64,000 nt of DNA. Source: Gracilinanus agilis. Its lineage: Eukaryota. How positions within the stretch are numbered: the first letter of the stretch is position 1; each line of letters opens with the position of its first letter. Below the pieces are notes generated by a model. It saw nothing but the letters and a program-made list of their open reading frames with translations. It had not been told where the DNA came from and did not search any database. Where the stretch lies: contig NC_058134.1 of NCBI RefSeq assembly GCF_016433145.1, positions 306,385,373-306,449,372 of the forward strand, written 5' to 3'. This document shows, piece by piece, positions 24,301 to 36,476 of this stretch. Position numbers and translations under genes: made by a program.

Positions 24301-24532
24301 CAAGGGGAGGGTCACCAGAGGGAGTCTGGAAAGGGGATTCCCCGGGGTAGGGTGTGGAAGGGAGATTCCTGGGGGAGGGGAGAGGATCCAAGTTGGACAG
24401 GTCTGCTGGGGGAGAGTCCCGGGGTCCCGCGACCTCACCCGGGATCTGCGCGTAGAGAGAAGCGAAGGCGAACATGAAGGCAGCCGCCACACCCTGCAGG
24501 AACAGGCGCCTGGGCTGCAGCGAGCCAGCCAT
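18396..24532 (-). CDS. LMF2: Lipase maturation factor 2, 14 coding exons, 698 aa
   Basis: Exons (transcript order): 24439-24532, 23449-23702, 23081-23109, 22596-22792, 22283-22461, 21435-21576, 21117-21251, 20896-21001, 20677-20773, 20406-20588, 19539-19707, 19262-19373, 18982-19078, 18396-18698. All introns GT-AG with matched phases; total 2097 nt. Recognisable LMF motifs: [83 protein letters not shown]; C-terminus TRRKK. Confidence 0.97.
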
Positions 24533-25200
24533 GGCGGACGGTCCGGGTCCGAGACAGGGTAGGGGCTGCAGAGACACGTCGGCCCGCCTGCAGCTGGCCC
24601 CGCCCCTCTCTTCGACCCCGCCTTCGAGTGACGCCAGAGAGCTTTGGCTCCGCCTCCGGGAGGGCTGCCCGGAGCGAGAAGGGAGCTAGCTCCCTCCCCC
24701 TCGCTTCGTCCCGCCCTCTCTAGTTACGTAATCGCCCCGCCCCTTCCATGGTCTCGCATTCGTTCAAACTCCGTCCCACGTGGTGCCGTAGGTCAGCGTC
24801 TCCACCCTTCCACCCTCTCCTCCCCCTAGTCCCAGCTTGCAAAAGCTCGACTTCAGCAACGGCACGATCTTCGCCCAGACCGAGAGGACCTTGGCCCCGC
24901 CCTCACGTGATAGCCCAGCCCCACGCGAGGGGCCTCCCTCCCTTTCGTGTTGGCCCAGCCCCACTATGCCTCAAGAAGGAGTCTGGCCCCCCGCCCTGTA
25001 GGTGCCACCAACGCTCCACCCATCAAGCCCCGCTCCTCCCTCCCATCCGTGACGTCACAGGTCTGTGCCCGGCTCCGCCTTTAGTCGTCACGTAGCACCC
25101 TGAGCGGGAAACGCAAAAATGGCGCCAGACCGAGCGGCCGCTACTGTGGCCTGAGGAAGAAGCGGAGCCTGGAGCGGGAGTCCCGGCAGCCTGCCCGCCC
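24533..25200. promoter_or_regulatory. Bidirectional CpG-island promoter shared by LMF2 and NCAPH2
   Basis: The two ATGs (24532 - and 25201 +) are 668 bp apart, head to head, in CpG-rich sequence. E-boxes CACGTG at 24777-24782 and 24904-24909, CRE TGACGTCA at 25050-25057, E2F-like GCGGGAAA at 25104-25111, YY1-like AAAATGGCG at 25116-25124, several GC boxes. Confidence 0.88.
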
Positions 25201-28200
25201 ATGGAGGACGTCGAGAGCCGCTTCGCCCACCTCCTGCAACCCATCCGCGACCTCACCAAGAACTGGGAGGTGGATGTGGCGGCGCAGCTGGGCGAATACC
25301 TGGAGGAGGTGACGTCACGACGGGGTCGGAGAAGGAGGGGCTGGGCGGTGACGTCAGCGGAGACCAGGACTAGGCCTGGTGTTCTGGGGAGGTTCTAGCG
25401 GGGCCTTTCTGGAGGTGAAGAGCCCGGCCTTCCCGGGCTAAGAGTGCATTGATTAAGTGCACATTGGGTTCCCTTAGCTGGGGGCCGGGGTTCCTGCCCT
25501 TGGAGCCCGTGGGAGGACCCCCTGCTCGCACGCACGGAGCTTCCTGAGGTTCCACGAAGTGTTCATTACCTTGTCTATTTCGTGATGCGGACAGGGAGGT
25601 GGGCGGTGCCCGACGAGAAATTGATTGCCTTTTCCCAGTGGGGGAAGGCTTTCGGTAGAAGCCCCGGGAGGGCAGTGGGCCGGAGATGGAGCGCAGTGTT
25701 TCTAGAATAGCCTGGGGGCTCAGATCATCATGGAAGGGTACCGATGGGGAAGGAGGTTGTTAGGGGCCTGGGCTAACTAGAGCTTCAGCATTTCCTATTT
25801 GCTGGGAAATCATTTTGTTGGTTGAATGCTGGATTGGAGGGAGGGAGAGGCTTGAGGAAGGCTGCTGCTATAGTCCAGAGGTGAGGGGATGAGGGTCTGC
25901 ATCATCAGAAGGGGGAAGGGGGCCTGTGTGACGGGGAAATCTTATTGGGACCAAGTTTCAGCCTCAGTTTCCTTGTCTGTAAAATGTGGTAAAGCATCTG
26001 GTAAACCTCAAAGCTGGCCCTTCATGCCAGCACAGGTGTTGGGGGGGGGGGGCAGAAGGGCACCACTGTATCTGCCCCACCCCTGTTGACTATCTGCCTT
26101 TTACTCAGTCGTTTGAGCCCCCAATATGCTAGTGATCTCTGGGTACCCCCATAGGTGCCGTTATACAAACGGGTTCCCTGCCCTGCCCGAGACTTGTTCC
26201 TACCTAGGAGTCCTTGTGGGGCCCCCCCACCTCTGCCCAGGCCTTACAGGGTCACCTCACCAGCCTCCTTTCCAAAGAAGGGTGAGGATGGAGATGGGAA
26301 GATTGAGAGATCAGGCAGAGAACCAAAATTTAGAGAAAGTTAAAAACTGGAGTGGGGTGGGACCTTAAGAGAGTTAGCCTGAGCCCTGAGACAGGTCACT
26401 AACAGCCTCCAGGTGGACATTGACCCAGTCACAACTTTTTGGGTCTGGTTCAGCCATTCCTATTCCCAATATGCTTGAGTGACTTGGATCCATCCCTCTC
26501 CTTGGGAAAGGGCCTAAGAGGCATCCTTTAGTCAAGTCACTGAGTCATCAAACCTTTATTATATGCCAGGCAAACTGGGAAGAAAAAGAAATGGAAAAAA
26601 GCCAAAACTATCCAAGCAAGGGGCTCACATTCATTAGAATGGGGGAGGCAACATGTGAATAACTGGGTCTTGACAAGACACCTTCAGAGGAGATGAAAGG
26701 ACACCCCGTGGGGAAGGCATTGCCTGCTAGGGGAGCCAGAACTATCCTCTGCAGTGGCTTGAGCTGTCTTTTTTTAAAATCCTTCACCTTCCGTCTTAGA
26801 ATCAATACTATGTATTGGTTCTAAGGCAGATGGGTGGTAAAGTCTAGACAGTGGGAGTTAAGACTTGCCCAGAGTCACCCAGCTAAGAAGTGACTGAGGC
26901 TAGATTTGAACCCAGGACCTCCTGCCTCTAGGCCTGGTTCTCTATCCACTTAGCTATTTCACTGCCCCCTTTGAGCTGAATCTCAAAGGCAGTAGTGAGA
27001 AGGCCAGGGGCTGAGGTCCAGAGAGGTTATAGAATTAGGAAGTAGTTGAATCTGGCTTAAGCTCAGGCCATCCTATCCCTAGTTTGAGTTTTCCCAGGTT
27101 CTGGGTCTTTGATAGTGTTGGACTTGGAGGCAGGAGGACCCAAATTCAAATCCACCCTCAGACATTTATGAGTTATGAGACCCTGGGCAAGTCACTTAAC
27201 TGTTTGGTGCCTCAGTTTCCCCATATGTTAATTGAGAATAATAATAGCATCAGCATTTCAGGTTGTTTTAAGGATCAAAAGAGTTAATACATGTGAGCAT
27301 TAAAGGGCTAGATAAATGCATCACTCTCCACAGAAGGCACCTGGGAGGTAGCAAGCCAAGATTTCAGTTGACAAAAGAAAATGTTTTAAAAAGCTAGAAA
27401 CTGGGTTCAGATTTCTTGCTCTTTGGCTGGTTTCGGCTCATGGGGTTATAATACTTATGCTCTTGGGCATCTGTTTGTCAGAGGAAGTAAAAAACATTAG
27501 TACTTTAAAAGAGAAATAAAAAGCAGTTGGTTGGGGGCTCATAGGCTGACCTAGGACTAAGGAGGGCCCTATCCTTGTCTATAATTGTCAGAGGTCACTT
27601 GGGTGACCAGGACAATGGCAGAAATTGTTTCCTCAAAGAGAGGGAGGCCTGAGCCATCTGGTCCTGGCAAGGGCTCAGAGAAGGGTTGTCAGGGAGTTTC
27701 AGGCCCCTGATTTCACTCTTTGCCTGCTGGAAGCCCTCAGGGCCTCCTCAGTGCCCACCGTCTATGTGGGCATTTAAAGCCCTCCTCAGGCCAGTACTTT
27801 CTTACTGCCTTTTGAGCTTAATCCCATAAACCCTGCCCTCCAATTAAACCAGCCTGGGCAGGAAGTGGAGAAGGCAGGAAGGGGGATTTTCTTAGTGTTA
27901 GGAACAGTATGAGCAAAGGCCTACAGGTGGGATTGAACCCCGTGGGGGTAGGGATTGTTCACTTCCCTTTCTGTATCCCTTCTCACATGGCCTGAAGCTG
28001 GACCAGATCTGCATTTCTTTCGATGAAGGCAAAACCACCATGAACTTCATTGAAGCTGCACTGCTGATTCAAGGGTCGGCCTGTGTCTACAGTAAGAAGG
28101 TGAGTGCCTGGCAGCTGGTGATAGGCTCTCCCCCACTTCTCCATGCAGCAGCATGGGGGGGGGGGGTGAAACGTGGGAGGATTGATTTGTGTACACCTCG

Positions 28201-31200
28201 ATTCATTTGCCAGGAGCTGGAAGGAGGCACCCCAGGGTTCCTTCTCTTCTGGGGGGCCCTTGAGCCGTGCTCACACATGTTCCCAGGTGGGCTAGGCCTT
28301 TGCTCTAAGGGCAGACAGGCTATTTCCTGCTTATTCACAAAGACCTCTAAGAGAAGGACCTTTGAGATTCCCTCCTTCGATGCAGCTCTCCTTTGCAGAG
28401 TGTTTGTACCCTTCTTCTGGCCCCTGCTTTGGCATGGCCTTGCTTGAGGTCAGCCTACCCCATCCCCGGGCCCCTGGGCCCCCTGGGCTCCCTGCCTTTG
28501 GGCTCTGTCCCAGGCCTTGCCTTCAGGATCTCTGCTTCCTCTCGTGGCACAGTGGCTCCTGGCAGTGCTCTGTATTCAGGAGATGAGGCACTCAATAAAT
28601 AGGATCAAAATTGGATTGATTTGCCTGCCCCGAGCCTGAGAAGCATCACTGGGCTCTTTTGCACACATGTGCATGCTTTAGGATGCTGCTACCTGGGAGG
28701 ACCTTTGCTTTGGACCCAGCCCCAGCCGGTCGGTCAGCTGTGCTGCCCTGCTATGTCCGGGCATGGGTTCCTCTCCTCACCCCATGTCTCCCTTCCCTTT
28801 GGCAGGTGGAGTACCTCTACTCGCTGGTCTACCAGGCCCTGGATTTCATCTCAGGCAAAAAGTAAGGATGGGAGGAAACTTGGACAAGCAGGAGAATGCT
28901 AAAAATTCGTGCAGGGTCCATTGTGGGCTGAAGAAGCCACAAAGCCTCTTTTTATATTCTGCTTCATATATGGAAATGCCCATCTCCTTGCTGATTGTTA
29001 AAAATAAAAAATGAATTGCTTGAAGAACTGGAGGAAAGGCTCAGGTGCTGGGCAGAGATTGGGCAACTTCCCCAAGGAGCTGTTGGCCCAGGAACACCCC
29101 CCCAGCACTTAACCTGGAGCATCCCCAACTATTCTCTGACAACTTGCACTGACTTTCCCATTTAGGGAAAAGCCAACCTGTCCCTGTTTTTCTCCCCCAG
29201 ACGGAATAAGCAGCCCACATCTGTGCAGCCAGATGGGCATGATGGGGATGCCAGCTGCGGAGCTCCCCCAGAACCTGAGGAAGAGGTGAGGCTTCCTGCG
29301 GCTTGAGCCACACTGATGCTGTGTACATGCCCTTTGCTCACCCCGCTTGGCCCATGCTAGGCCGTTGCAGGCCCTGCCAATTGTTGCCTCTGTTTCCCTG
29401 CAGTTTCTGTCTCTGGATGACCTCCCAGACCCCCGGGCAAACATCGACCTGAAGAATGACCAATCTCCCAATGTAAGTGGCACCTTTGGCCACATTGCTG
29501 ACCTTGGTGCTGTGACAAGGGTGGGGGTGGGGAGAAAGGACCTGGAAGGTGACTCTGTGCCCCCTTGTCAGGCGGTACTTGTCATCCCCTTGGTGCCCAT
29601 GGCCCTGGTGCCCCCTGATGAAGAAGAGAAGAAAAACAACCCACTCTACAGGTACAGGTGACACCCTCCCAACCCTTGCCCACTCTGCCCCCAGTACCCT
29701 TCTGTGCCTCCCTGGGAGGCTTCTCTGTCTGCCCTTGAGCCTGTGGCCTGCCCGAGGCAGGGGTTGGCCCTCAAAGGTCTCTCCTCAGAACATGGTTATT
29801 TGCTAGCACAGCCGGCAAGGGGAGATCCTGGCCAGCCGTAAGGATTTCCGGATGAACACATCCACCCCTCACCCCAGTGGTGCCTTCATGCTGGAGCCAG
29901 GAGGTCTGTCCCCAATGGAGCACATACTTCCAAGGACCCAGCTAGGTGAGAGGGGCATGGAGCCAGAAGGAGTCTGGGGAGGGGGCTGTCCCTTGCATTG
30001 GGCTCAGGACGCAGCTGTTCCTCAGAAGAACCCTAAGACCAGCGAAGTCAAGAGACAGCAGTTATCTCCATCCAGCAGGCATTTATTAAGCACCTGTGAT
30101 TGCCAGGCATTATGCTGGGTGCAGGGGATACAGAGAACGGCAAGGACAGGCCCTGCTCTTGAGGAGAGGGCAGGGAAGAGAGCCTCTGCTCTGAGAGAGA
30201 AGCGACGCCAGGCCATCATACCAAGAGGAGGCAAGGGCTCACAGCTTAGCACTGGAAAGGCCCTTCCTCCACCATCAGACGCCAGGGGCAGCCCCAGCCA
30301 AGGCACAGAGGGCAGTTGGGAGGCAGCAAGCAAATCCCAATGGCTAGTTAAGATGGGATGGCCTGGAAGAGAGACTGAGCTGTGAGGGCCAAGCCAAGAC
30401 CTGGCTGTTCTTTCCTACAGGCAGGGGAGTTCCTTGGGGAGGGCACGTGGTCAGACACGTCCCGTTTTGCAGACAGGCACCTACAATGGCCAGGGACTTT
30501 GCATAGCTTGAGGGCAGTGCTTCAGTCCATGTCTGGCCTGAAAGGAGTGCCAGGCTTTCCCTAGACAGCATCCCGCCTCCTCCAATGACCATTCCTTAAA
30601 GGTCCCTTTCCCCTAGAATGTGTCCTTTGATACAAAGATTAATTTGGAATTCCCAGACCTGAACTCCCCCCATCCCCTTCTCATACCGTTCTTTACAGAT
30701 GCTGAGAGGCCTGAGGAAGTGCCCATGGATGTCTCTGTGTGCATGTCTCCGGCCCCAGTGCTCGATTTCTCCCAGGACGATGATGAAAAGCCAGGTGTGG
30801 AGCTGAGGCCCTTATTCAGCCTTGCTCTGGCCCTTCTCTAAAGTGCTGAAGATCTGGCTGGCCAAAGGGACCCCCTGGACCTCCCCTTCAAGTCTGAGCC
30901 TCAGGCAGCCTCAGTCTCCCTCCCCTCCTTTCTTTCCTTCTATTTTAAATGGAAGTGAATCAGAACTCAGTTTTACCTAGAGGATTCTTGAGAGCCTGGC
31001 AGCCCCTACTTCCTGGGGAGCTCCTTGGGCCTGCAGGAGTTGCCTGGCCGTTATTCCTGGCCAGGCTGGTCCTCATCCTCTCCTCCCTTCCCTTCTCTAG
31101 AGGCAGCCTTATCTGAAGGTGAAGATGATGATGTGGGTGGGGACCTACCTAATGAGGTCCCAGAGGTGCCTGCCGTCTCTCCAAAGCCCCCTGAACAGGG

Positions 31201-34200
31201 GATCCAGCAGCAGGTGGAGCCCTGTGGAGGGTGAGGGTGAGGGGTGACAGAGGGCAGTGAGGTTACTCAGTTTCTATACCTCTAAAATGGGGACAATGTT
31301 GTCTAGAGTTCCCACCTCACAGGCTTTGGGGAAAAATAGCTTTGAAGTACTTTACAAACTTTCAAGGGCTCTAGTGATTCTTTGGATTATTCCCAGATCA
31401 GTCAGAAGTGTGTGGGGCCCTTAGAATTTCAGGTAGATGAACCACAGTTAAATGAATATGGGCGGGTCATCTGGGCTTGTTCCCAGGACACCCTGGGCCT
31501 GCCTGAGTTTTTTGGCATGTTTTACCCTAGTTCCAAGGGATGGTGTAAAGCCTGTGAAGTGTGGTAAAGTCCTCAGGTCCTTGCTGCCATCTGTCCTTGG
31601 CTGACCTCACCCAAGCTCAGCTCTGTTCCCAAGTGGTGGTGACCCCTTTCAGTGGGGTAGCAGGGTCCCAGCTGTCACTCTGGGGCTCTGGGCCAAATTC
31701 AGACGAGCTGGTTTTGTTGGATTGTCTATTAGTCTTTGGGGGTGGTACAATAGGCAATAAAGGTGATGTCCTCGGTGTTCTCTCCTAGGCCACCCCGAAA
31801 CCAAAGAGGTACACTCTGCGGGGCAGAGCCACTGCTGCTATCCCCCATCCATCGTGGTACCAAAAGGCAAGAAGAGCTGGAGTTTGGGGGGGGGGCTGCT
31901 GGGAGGTTGGGAGGTGCTGGGGGATAGGTGGGGGGAGAGGATCCCTTCCAAAATTTCTCTGGTTCTAAACAGGCCTGACTCCTTTCCTGGGGCACCTTGT
32001 GGGCAAAGCTCCCCCAAAACTCTCCGATGAGGCAAACAGCCCAATATCTAGCCTTACTGGGGATCACACAACAGAGCCCCAAGTACGTGGCTCTTGGCTC
32101 AGTGTCTCCTATGTGTCATGTGCCTTAGGAATCCCGAAATCACTGGCAGAACCTGGACCCCTTTGACTCCCTGGAAGGCAAGCCCTTCAAGAAAGGTAAT
32201 GAGAAATGGGGGTGAAGGTGGGTGTGCACTGTGGGGGAGCCTCTAGCAGAGCCAAGGGAATCTAAGACCCAGAGGGCTTTGGTCCCTGTCCCCAGGGCTC
32301 TGGTGGCCCAGTGGGGAGGCTGGCCCGGGGGCAGCCACCTTTTCTCCTGGTGTCCATCCCTTTTGGGCAGCTCCTTTGCCTGACTTCCTGGCTCTGCTTC
32401 CCAGGTAGCCCTTACTCTTTGCCACAGCACTTGGAAGAGAACTCATCAGGCAAACGGAAAAGGAAGACCTCCACTAGACTCCAGGGCTTCCATGAATGGT
32501 ACCTGGCAGCTTGTGAGTAGTCCTAGGTGGGTGGAGGCCACAAGGGGCTAAAGTGATGTCCAATGGGTACCCAGCTGATCACTCACTTCTCTCTTCAGAT
32601 AGTGGCGGTGAAAACTCCAAGAAACCTCAGCCCAAAGGCCCCACGTTTGCAGGTGAGCCTGGGGAAGAGCCCGAAACCCCTTGGGGGGTGGCAAGAGGGG
32701 TAGCAGGCCTGAGACATCACGGGGGGCTTTAAACTGCCCCCCCGGACCAGAACCAGAGGCCCCAGCGACATCTCTTTGTACAGACATGGAAGCCCTCTAC
32801 TGGAAGCATCTCAAGAAGCAGATGGATACTCTTCGGAAGCTGCGGAGGGGAGAGGTGAAGGCAGTGGGGGCTAGACAAGCATGTCCATGAGGAGAGAGGC
32901 AGGACAGCAGCGTTGAGCAGCCTCTTGCTTGGGAAGCTACTGAGGCACTGGGGAGAATGGGGCCAGAAGCAACAAGCCCCAAGGCCCCAGCCACTGTCCT
33001 TAGCCCTGCCAGGTCCCTGAAGTCTGTCTCTCTCTGGGAAGGCAGGTCTCCAGGCCTTCTGCCACCATTCCTCCCTGTGCAGAGCAGATGTTAGAGGGAT
33101 GTTGGCAGAAGGGCATGAAGCCATCTCCAGGCCCATGAGGCTAGAGGACTAACCTCGTTAGCCTTGTGTGCTTCCAGGTCACTGAGCAGCAGCTGACCAA
33201 GGTCCAGGAAAGACTGCAGGCCTTAGAGGAGGAGCGTGTGGAGGAGTCCCTGGAGCACCTTGGAGGGGGAGGTAACCCCTGGGGCCCAGGCTGTCCTTTG
33301 GCAGCCCTGGTGGGGAAGGAAAGGGGAGGGGGGCACTGGGGCTGGTGGATGGGTGGTGCCAGCTCCCCCCATTCCCCTTCTTAGATAGCTTCCTGGAGCT
33401 CGAAGACGTGGAGCCCATGGAGTCCTTGGAGGAAGCTCCAGGTAGGCCTAGGGGCTTGGGGGTATGTGGAATGGCGGGAGGGAAAGGCCACAAAAGTTGT
33501 CCCAATGTGGAGCTGACCTGTAGCCCTGCCTTCCTCCCCCAGAGCCAGAAGTCATCCCTCCACTGAGCTACGAGGAGTTGGTCCAGAGAAATGTGGTAGG
33601 TTCTGCTCTAGAGCCAGGTGCAAGGGTCAGTGGGGTGGGCACACACCTGGCCCAAAGACCTCCTGAGCCCCCTTTCCTTTTCTCAGGAATTATTTATTGC
33701 CAACTCTCAGAAGTATGTTCATGAGACTGAGCTGTCTCAGCGTATCCGTGACTGGGAGGATACCATTGGCCCCCTACTCCAGGAACAGGTGAGGATGGGA
33801 CCCTGGGCCTCCTCGCATCCAGCACCTGGCAGACCTCTGGGCTTCCTTCACCCACTGGGGGGTGGCAGTGGCTGGTGGTGGCAGCAGGTAACCCTTGCTC
33901 CTTTCCTCCCTCCAGGAGGAGCATGTTCCATTTGACATCCATAATTACGGGGACCAAGTGGTAGCCAGCTTTAAGCAGCTCAATGAGTGGTGTCCCTTTG
34001 CTGAGCTGGTGGCTGGCAAGCCGGCCTTTGAGGTGTGCCGCTCTATGCTGGCCTCCTTGCAGCTGGTGAGTAGGGGCTGGGCACTGGGGAGGGGCCCCAA
34101 GCCAGCAGGGCCAAGGCCTGTTCCCAGCCTCCCTTTCCTCCCACCAGGCCAATGACTACACCGTGGAGATCGCCCAGAAGCCTGGCCTCGAAGAGGCTGT

Positions 34201-34288
34201 GGACACCATGTCCCTAAGACTCCTGAGCCGTCAGAGAGCCAATGAACGCTTCCAGACGTACACAGCCCCCTCTATGGTCCTGCCCTGA
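25201..34288 (+). CDS. NCAPH2: Condensin-2 complex subunit H2 (kleisin beta), 20 exons, 605 aa
   Basis: Exons: 25201-25308, 27998-28099, 28806-28861, 29201-29285, 29404-29472, 29572-29651, 29812-29945, 30699-30794, 31101-31213, 31789-31866, 32129-32195, 32405-32512, 32599-32652, 32784-32854, 33178-33271, 33385-33441, 33543-33595, 33687-33788, 33916-34065, 34148-34288; total 1818 nt. N-terminus [36 protein letters not shown]; also [35 protein letters not shown] and [11 protein letters not shown]...[20 protein letters not shown]. Exon 10 requires a GC donor. Confidence 0.96.
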
Positions 34289-34649
34289 TAGTGTGTGAGC
34301 CCCCCTACTTGTTGGGCTGCAGCCAGCAGTGATATTTTTCCATGTTTTGCCCAAAGTTTGGCCAGACTACCTTCTTTGGTACCTAGATGATTGGGGGGGA
34401 GGGGGGAGACATGGGAGCCTCCCTACCCCTAGAGACTGGGTGGCTGCATTTAGCCAGAGCCTAAGGCCGTGGGAGGGCAGTGTTCCCCTTCCCCCTCCCC
34501 CAAACCCAGGTGTCTTAGCTCTAGTCAAGGCCCCAATGTGCCCTTCAAGCTTACTGCATTTTTGTACAAAAAATACATTTATTGCCCCACCCGTGTGGAG
34601 CCCACGTGTGGAGATAATGGAGGTGGGGGCCCAGACATGGGGCGGGAGC

Positions 34650-35405
34650 TCAGGAGCGCACACTGCGGAAGGCGGCCATGTGACCCCTCACACTGGCCAC
34701 GATCTGCTCCTCCGTCTTGCTCCGGCCATAGTAGTCTGTGAAGAGCCCATCAGGGTTGAGCAGGTAGATGATGATGGAGTGGTCCACGATGTAGTCCTGA
34801 TCCTCGTCCCGAGGCCCAGCGCTGTAGTAGACCCGGTAGGCCTGACTGGCCTGGCGCACCTGCTCGGGGGTGCCCGTGAGCCCCAGTAGCCGAGGGTGGA
34901 ACTCGCGCACGTAGCGGCCCACAGCGGCCACGTCGTCCCGTTCGGGGTCCACGGTGATGAAGAGGGGCTGCACGGAGGGCAGGCCTGGTTCGGCCTCCAG
35001 CGTGCGGACCACGGTGGCCAGCTTCTCTAGCTCCTCCGGGCACACGTCTGGGCAGTGCGTGAAGCCGAAGTACAGGAGCACCCACTGACCCACGAAGTCA
35101 GCCTTGCACCGGGGCTGGCCCATGTGGTCCACCAGCTGGAAGTCACCCTGGCCCACAGCAGCGCTGCGGAGGGCCTCTAGCCGCCGCTGCTGCCGCCGCT
35201 GCTCTTTCTCCTCACGCGCGGAGAGCCACGCTGCAGCCAAGCCGGCCCCAAAGAGCCCGGTCACCAGCAAGCGGGTGCGCAGCCCTGGGGCGCCCAGGGG
35301 ACCCCTGCTGCCAGGGCCGGCAGAGCCTGAGGAGCAGGGACGCGCAGCCCAGCGCAGGCGAGCCAGGGCGAGGCGCCAGAGGCCTGGAGCCCGGACGGGC
35401 CACAT
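34650..35405 (-). CDS. SCO2: Cytochrome c oxidase assembly copper chaperone SCO2, 251 aa, single coding exon
   Basis: Arg/Leu-rich mitochondrial-type N-terminus, TM segment [16 protein letters not shown], copper motif [34 protein letters not shown]. Acceptor just upstream (exon starts 35419) and donor GTAAG at 35795-35799 define a non-coding exon 1. Confidence 0.97.
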   Translation of the reverse strand: MWPVRAPGLWRLALARLRWAARPCSSGSAGPGSRGPLGAPGLRTRLLVTGLFGAGLAAAWLSAREEKEQRRQQRRLEALRSAAVGQGDFQLVDHMGQPRCKADFVGQWVLLYFGFTHCPDVCPEELEKLATVVRTLEAEPGLPSVQPLFITVDPERDDVAAVGRYVREFHPRLLGLTGTPEQVRQASQAYRVYYSAGPRDEDQDYIVDHSIIIYLLNPDGLFTDYYGRSKTEEQIVASVRGHMAAFRSVRS

Positions 35406-35779
35406 CTCACAGCAGAGCCCTGGAACACACGTGGGGGTGGGGGTGAAGCAGGCAGGGAGAGCTGGGGCTTGCCCTGCCCCATCAGCACCTTTCTCCTCTC
35501 AGCTGCAGTTTCCCCATCGTGGGGTCTGGCTAGGAGAAGGGGGGGTGGGGGGTGTTCACGCAGGCTTCCACCTCCCGGCCTTTGCCCCAGCCAGTCCCCT
35601 GCCCTCGAGTTCGCCCTGGCTGCACTCCTGTGATTCTCCCTCCTTCGCCCCGTACTTTGTACACTGCAGGTACTTAATGTTGGCTATCAGAACCTGGCTC
35701 CTGGGGGGGAGGGGGCCGCGGTGCAGTGGCACGAAGCCCCCCTCCCACTCCCGTTGGTCCCGCCTACCGCCCCGGGTTG

Positions 35780-36060
35780 GGGGGGGCGCATGCGCTTACC
35801 TCTCACACGCGCCTGCAGGGTCCCCCCCTTTGGGAAGCTTTTTCTTTTTGCGATCTCGCGAGATTAATACACGCGCCTTCGAGCAGGTTTGGTCCAATGG
35901 GCATCAGCCGGCAACTGCCGAGGCCGCCCTTGACTGGAGGCCAAAGCGCCTGCGCAGCGAATGGGCGTGAGTCCAGCGGACGCGAAGGGATGATGCTGCG
36001 CCTGCGCAGGGGCGGAGCCTAAAGGGACGATAGGGCGGTGGCTGGTGGTGCCACGCATGA
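35780..36060 (-). promoter_or_regulatory. SCO2 promoter and non-coding exon 1 (CpG island)
   Basis: NRF1-type motifs GCGCATGCGC 35786-35795, GCGCCTGCGCA 35946-35956, TGCGCCTGCGCA 35997-36008; palindrome TCTCGCGAGA 35854-35863; CCAAT 35894-35898; GC box near 36010. Confidence 0.8.
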
Positions 36061-36375
36061 GCACTGCCAGATCTCCATCCACGCACCCTCGAGCGCCCTC
36101 TGGTGTGTTAGTGGAGTACTGTCCCGAGTAGGCGGGTAAACGTGCTCAATGGCTCCCTAGTCTGCATACCCCTTCTGGCTGTTTTAAAATAAGGACGCTG
36201 AGGCCGAGGGCAGTGACCTGCGCAGGGGATTCCCAGCACTCCGAACTGCATTCGAGTGCGCATAGTCTCCATCCCAGCCCCCAGTATGTCAGGAGCCCGC
36301 CCCAGGCTAGGGTGGCAAGAGAGGACGGCGGGCTGGCGGCAGACAGAGGAGCCTCAGTCAGTAGCGGAAGGGCGG

Positions 36376-36381
36376 TTTATT
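36376..36381 (-). terminator. TYMP poly(A) signal AATAAA
   Basis: tttatt on + strand about 95 nt past the TYMP stop codon. Confidence 0.75.
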
Positions 36382-36476
36382 GGAGAGGAGAAGCCCCCAC
36401 CCGGGGGTCTGGGGGCTGGCCTGCAGGCCAGAGCCTGTTTGGGCCTCCAGGAGTCGGTCTGCCCCTGGGCAAAGGG

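Noticed and set aside
35104-35970. 288-aa + strand ORF
   Set aside because: Antisense shadow of GC-rich SCO2 and its promoter; low-complexity composition.
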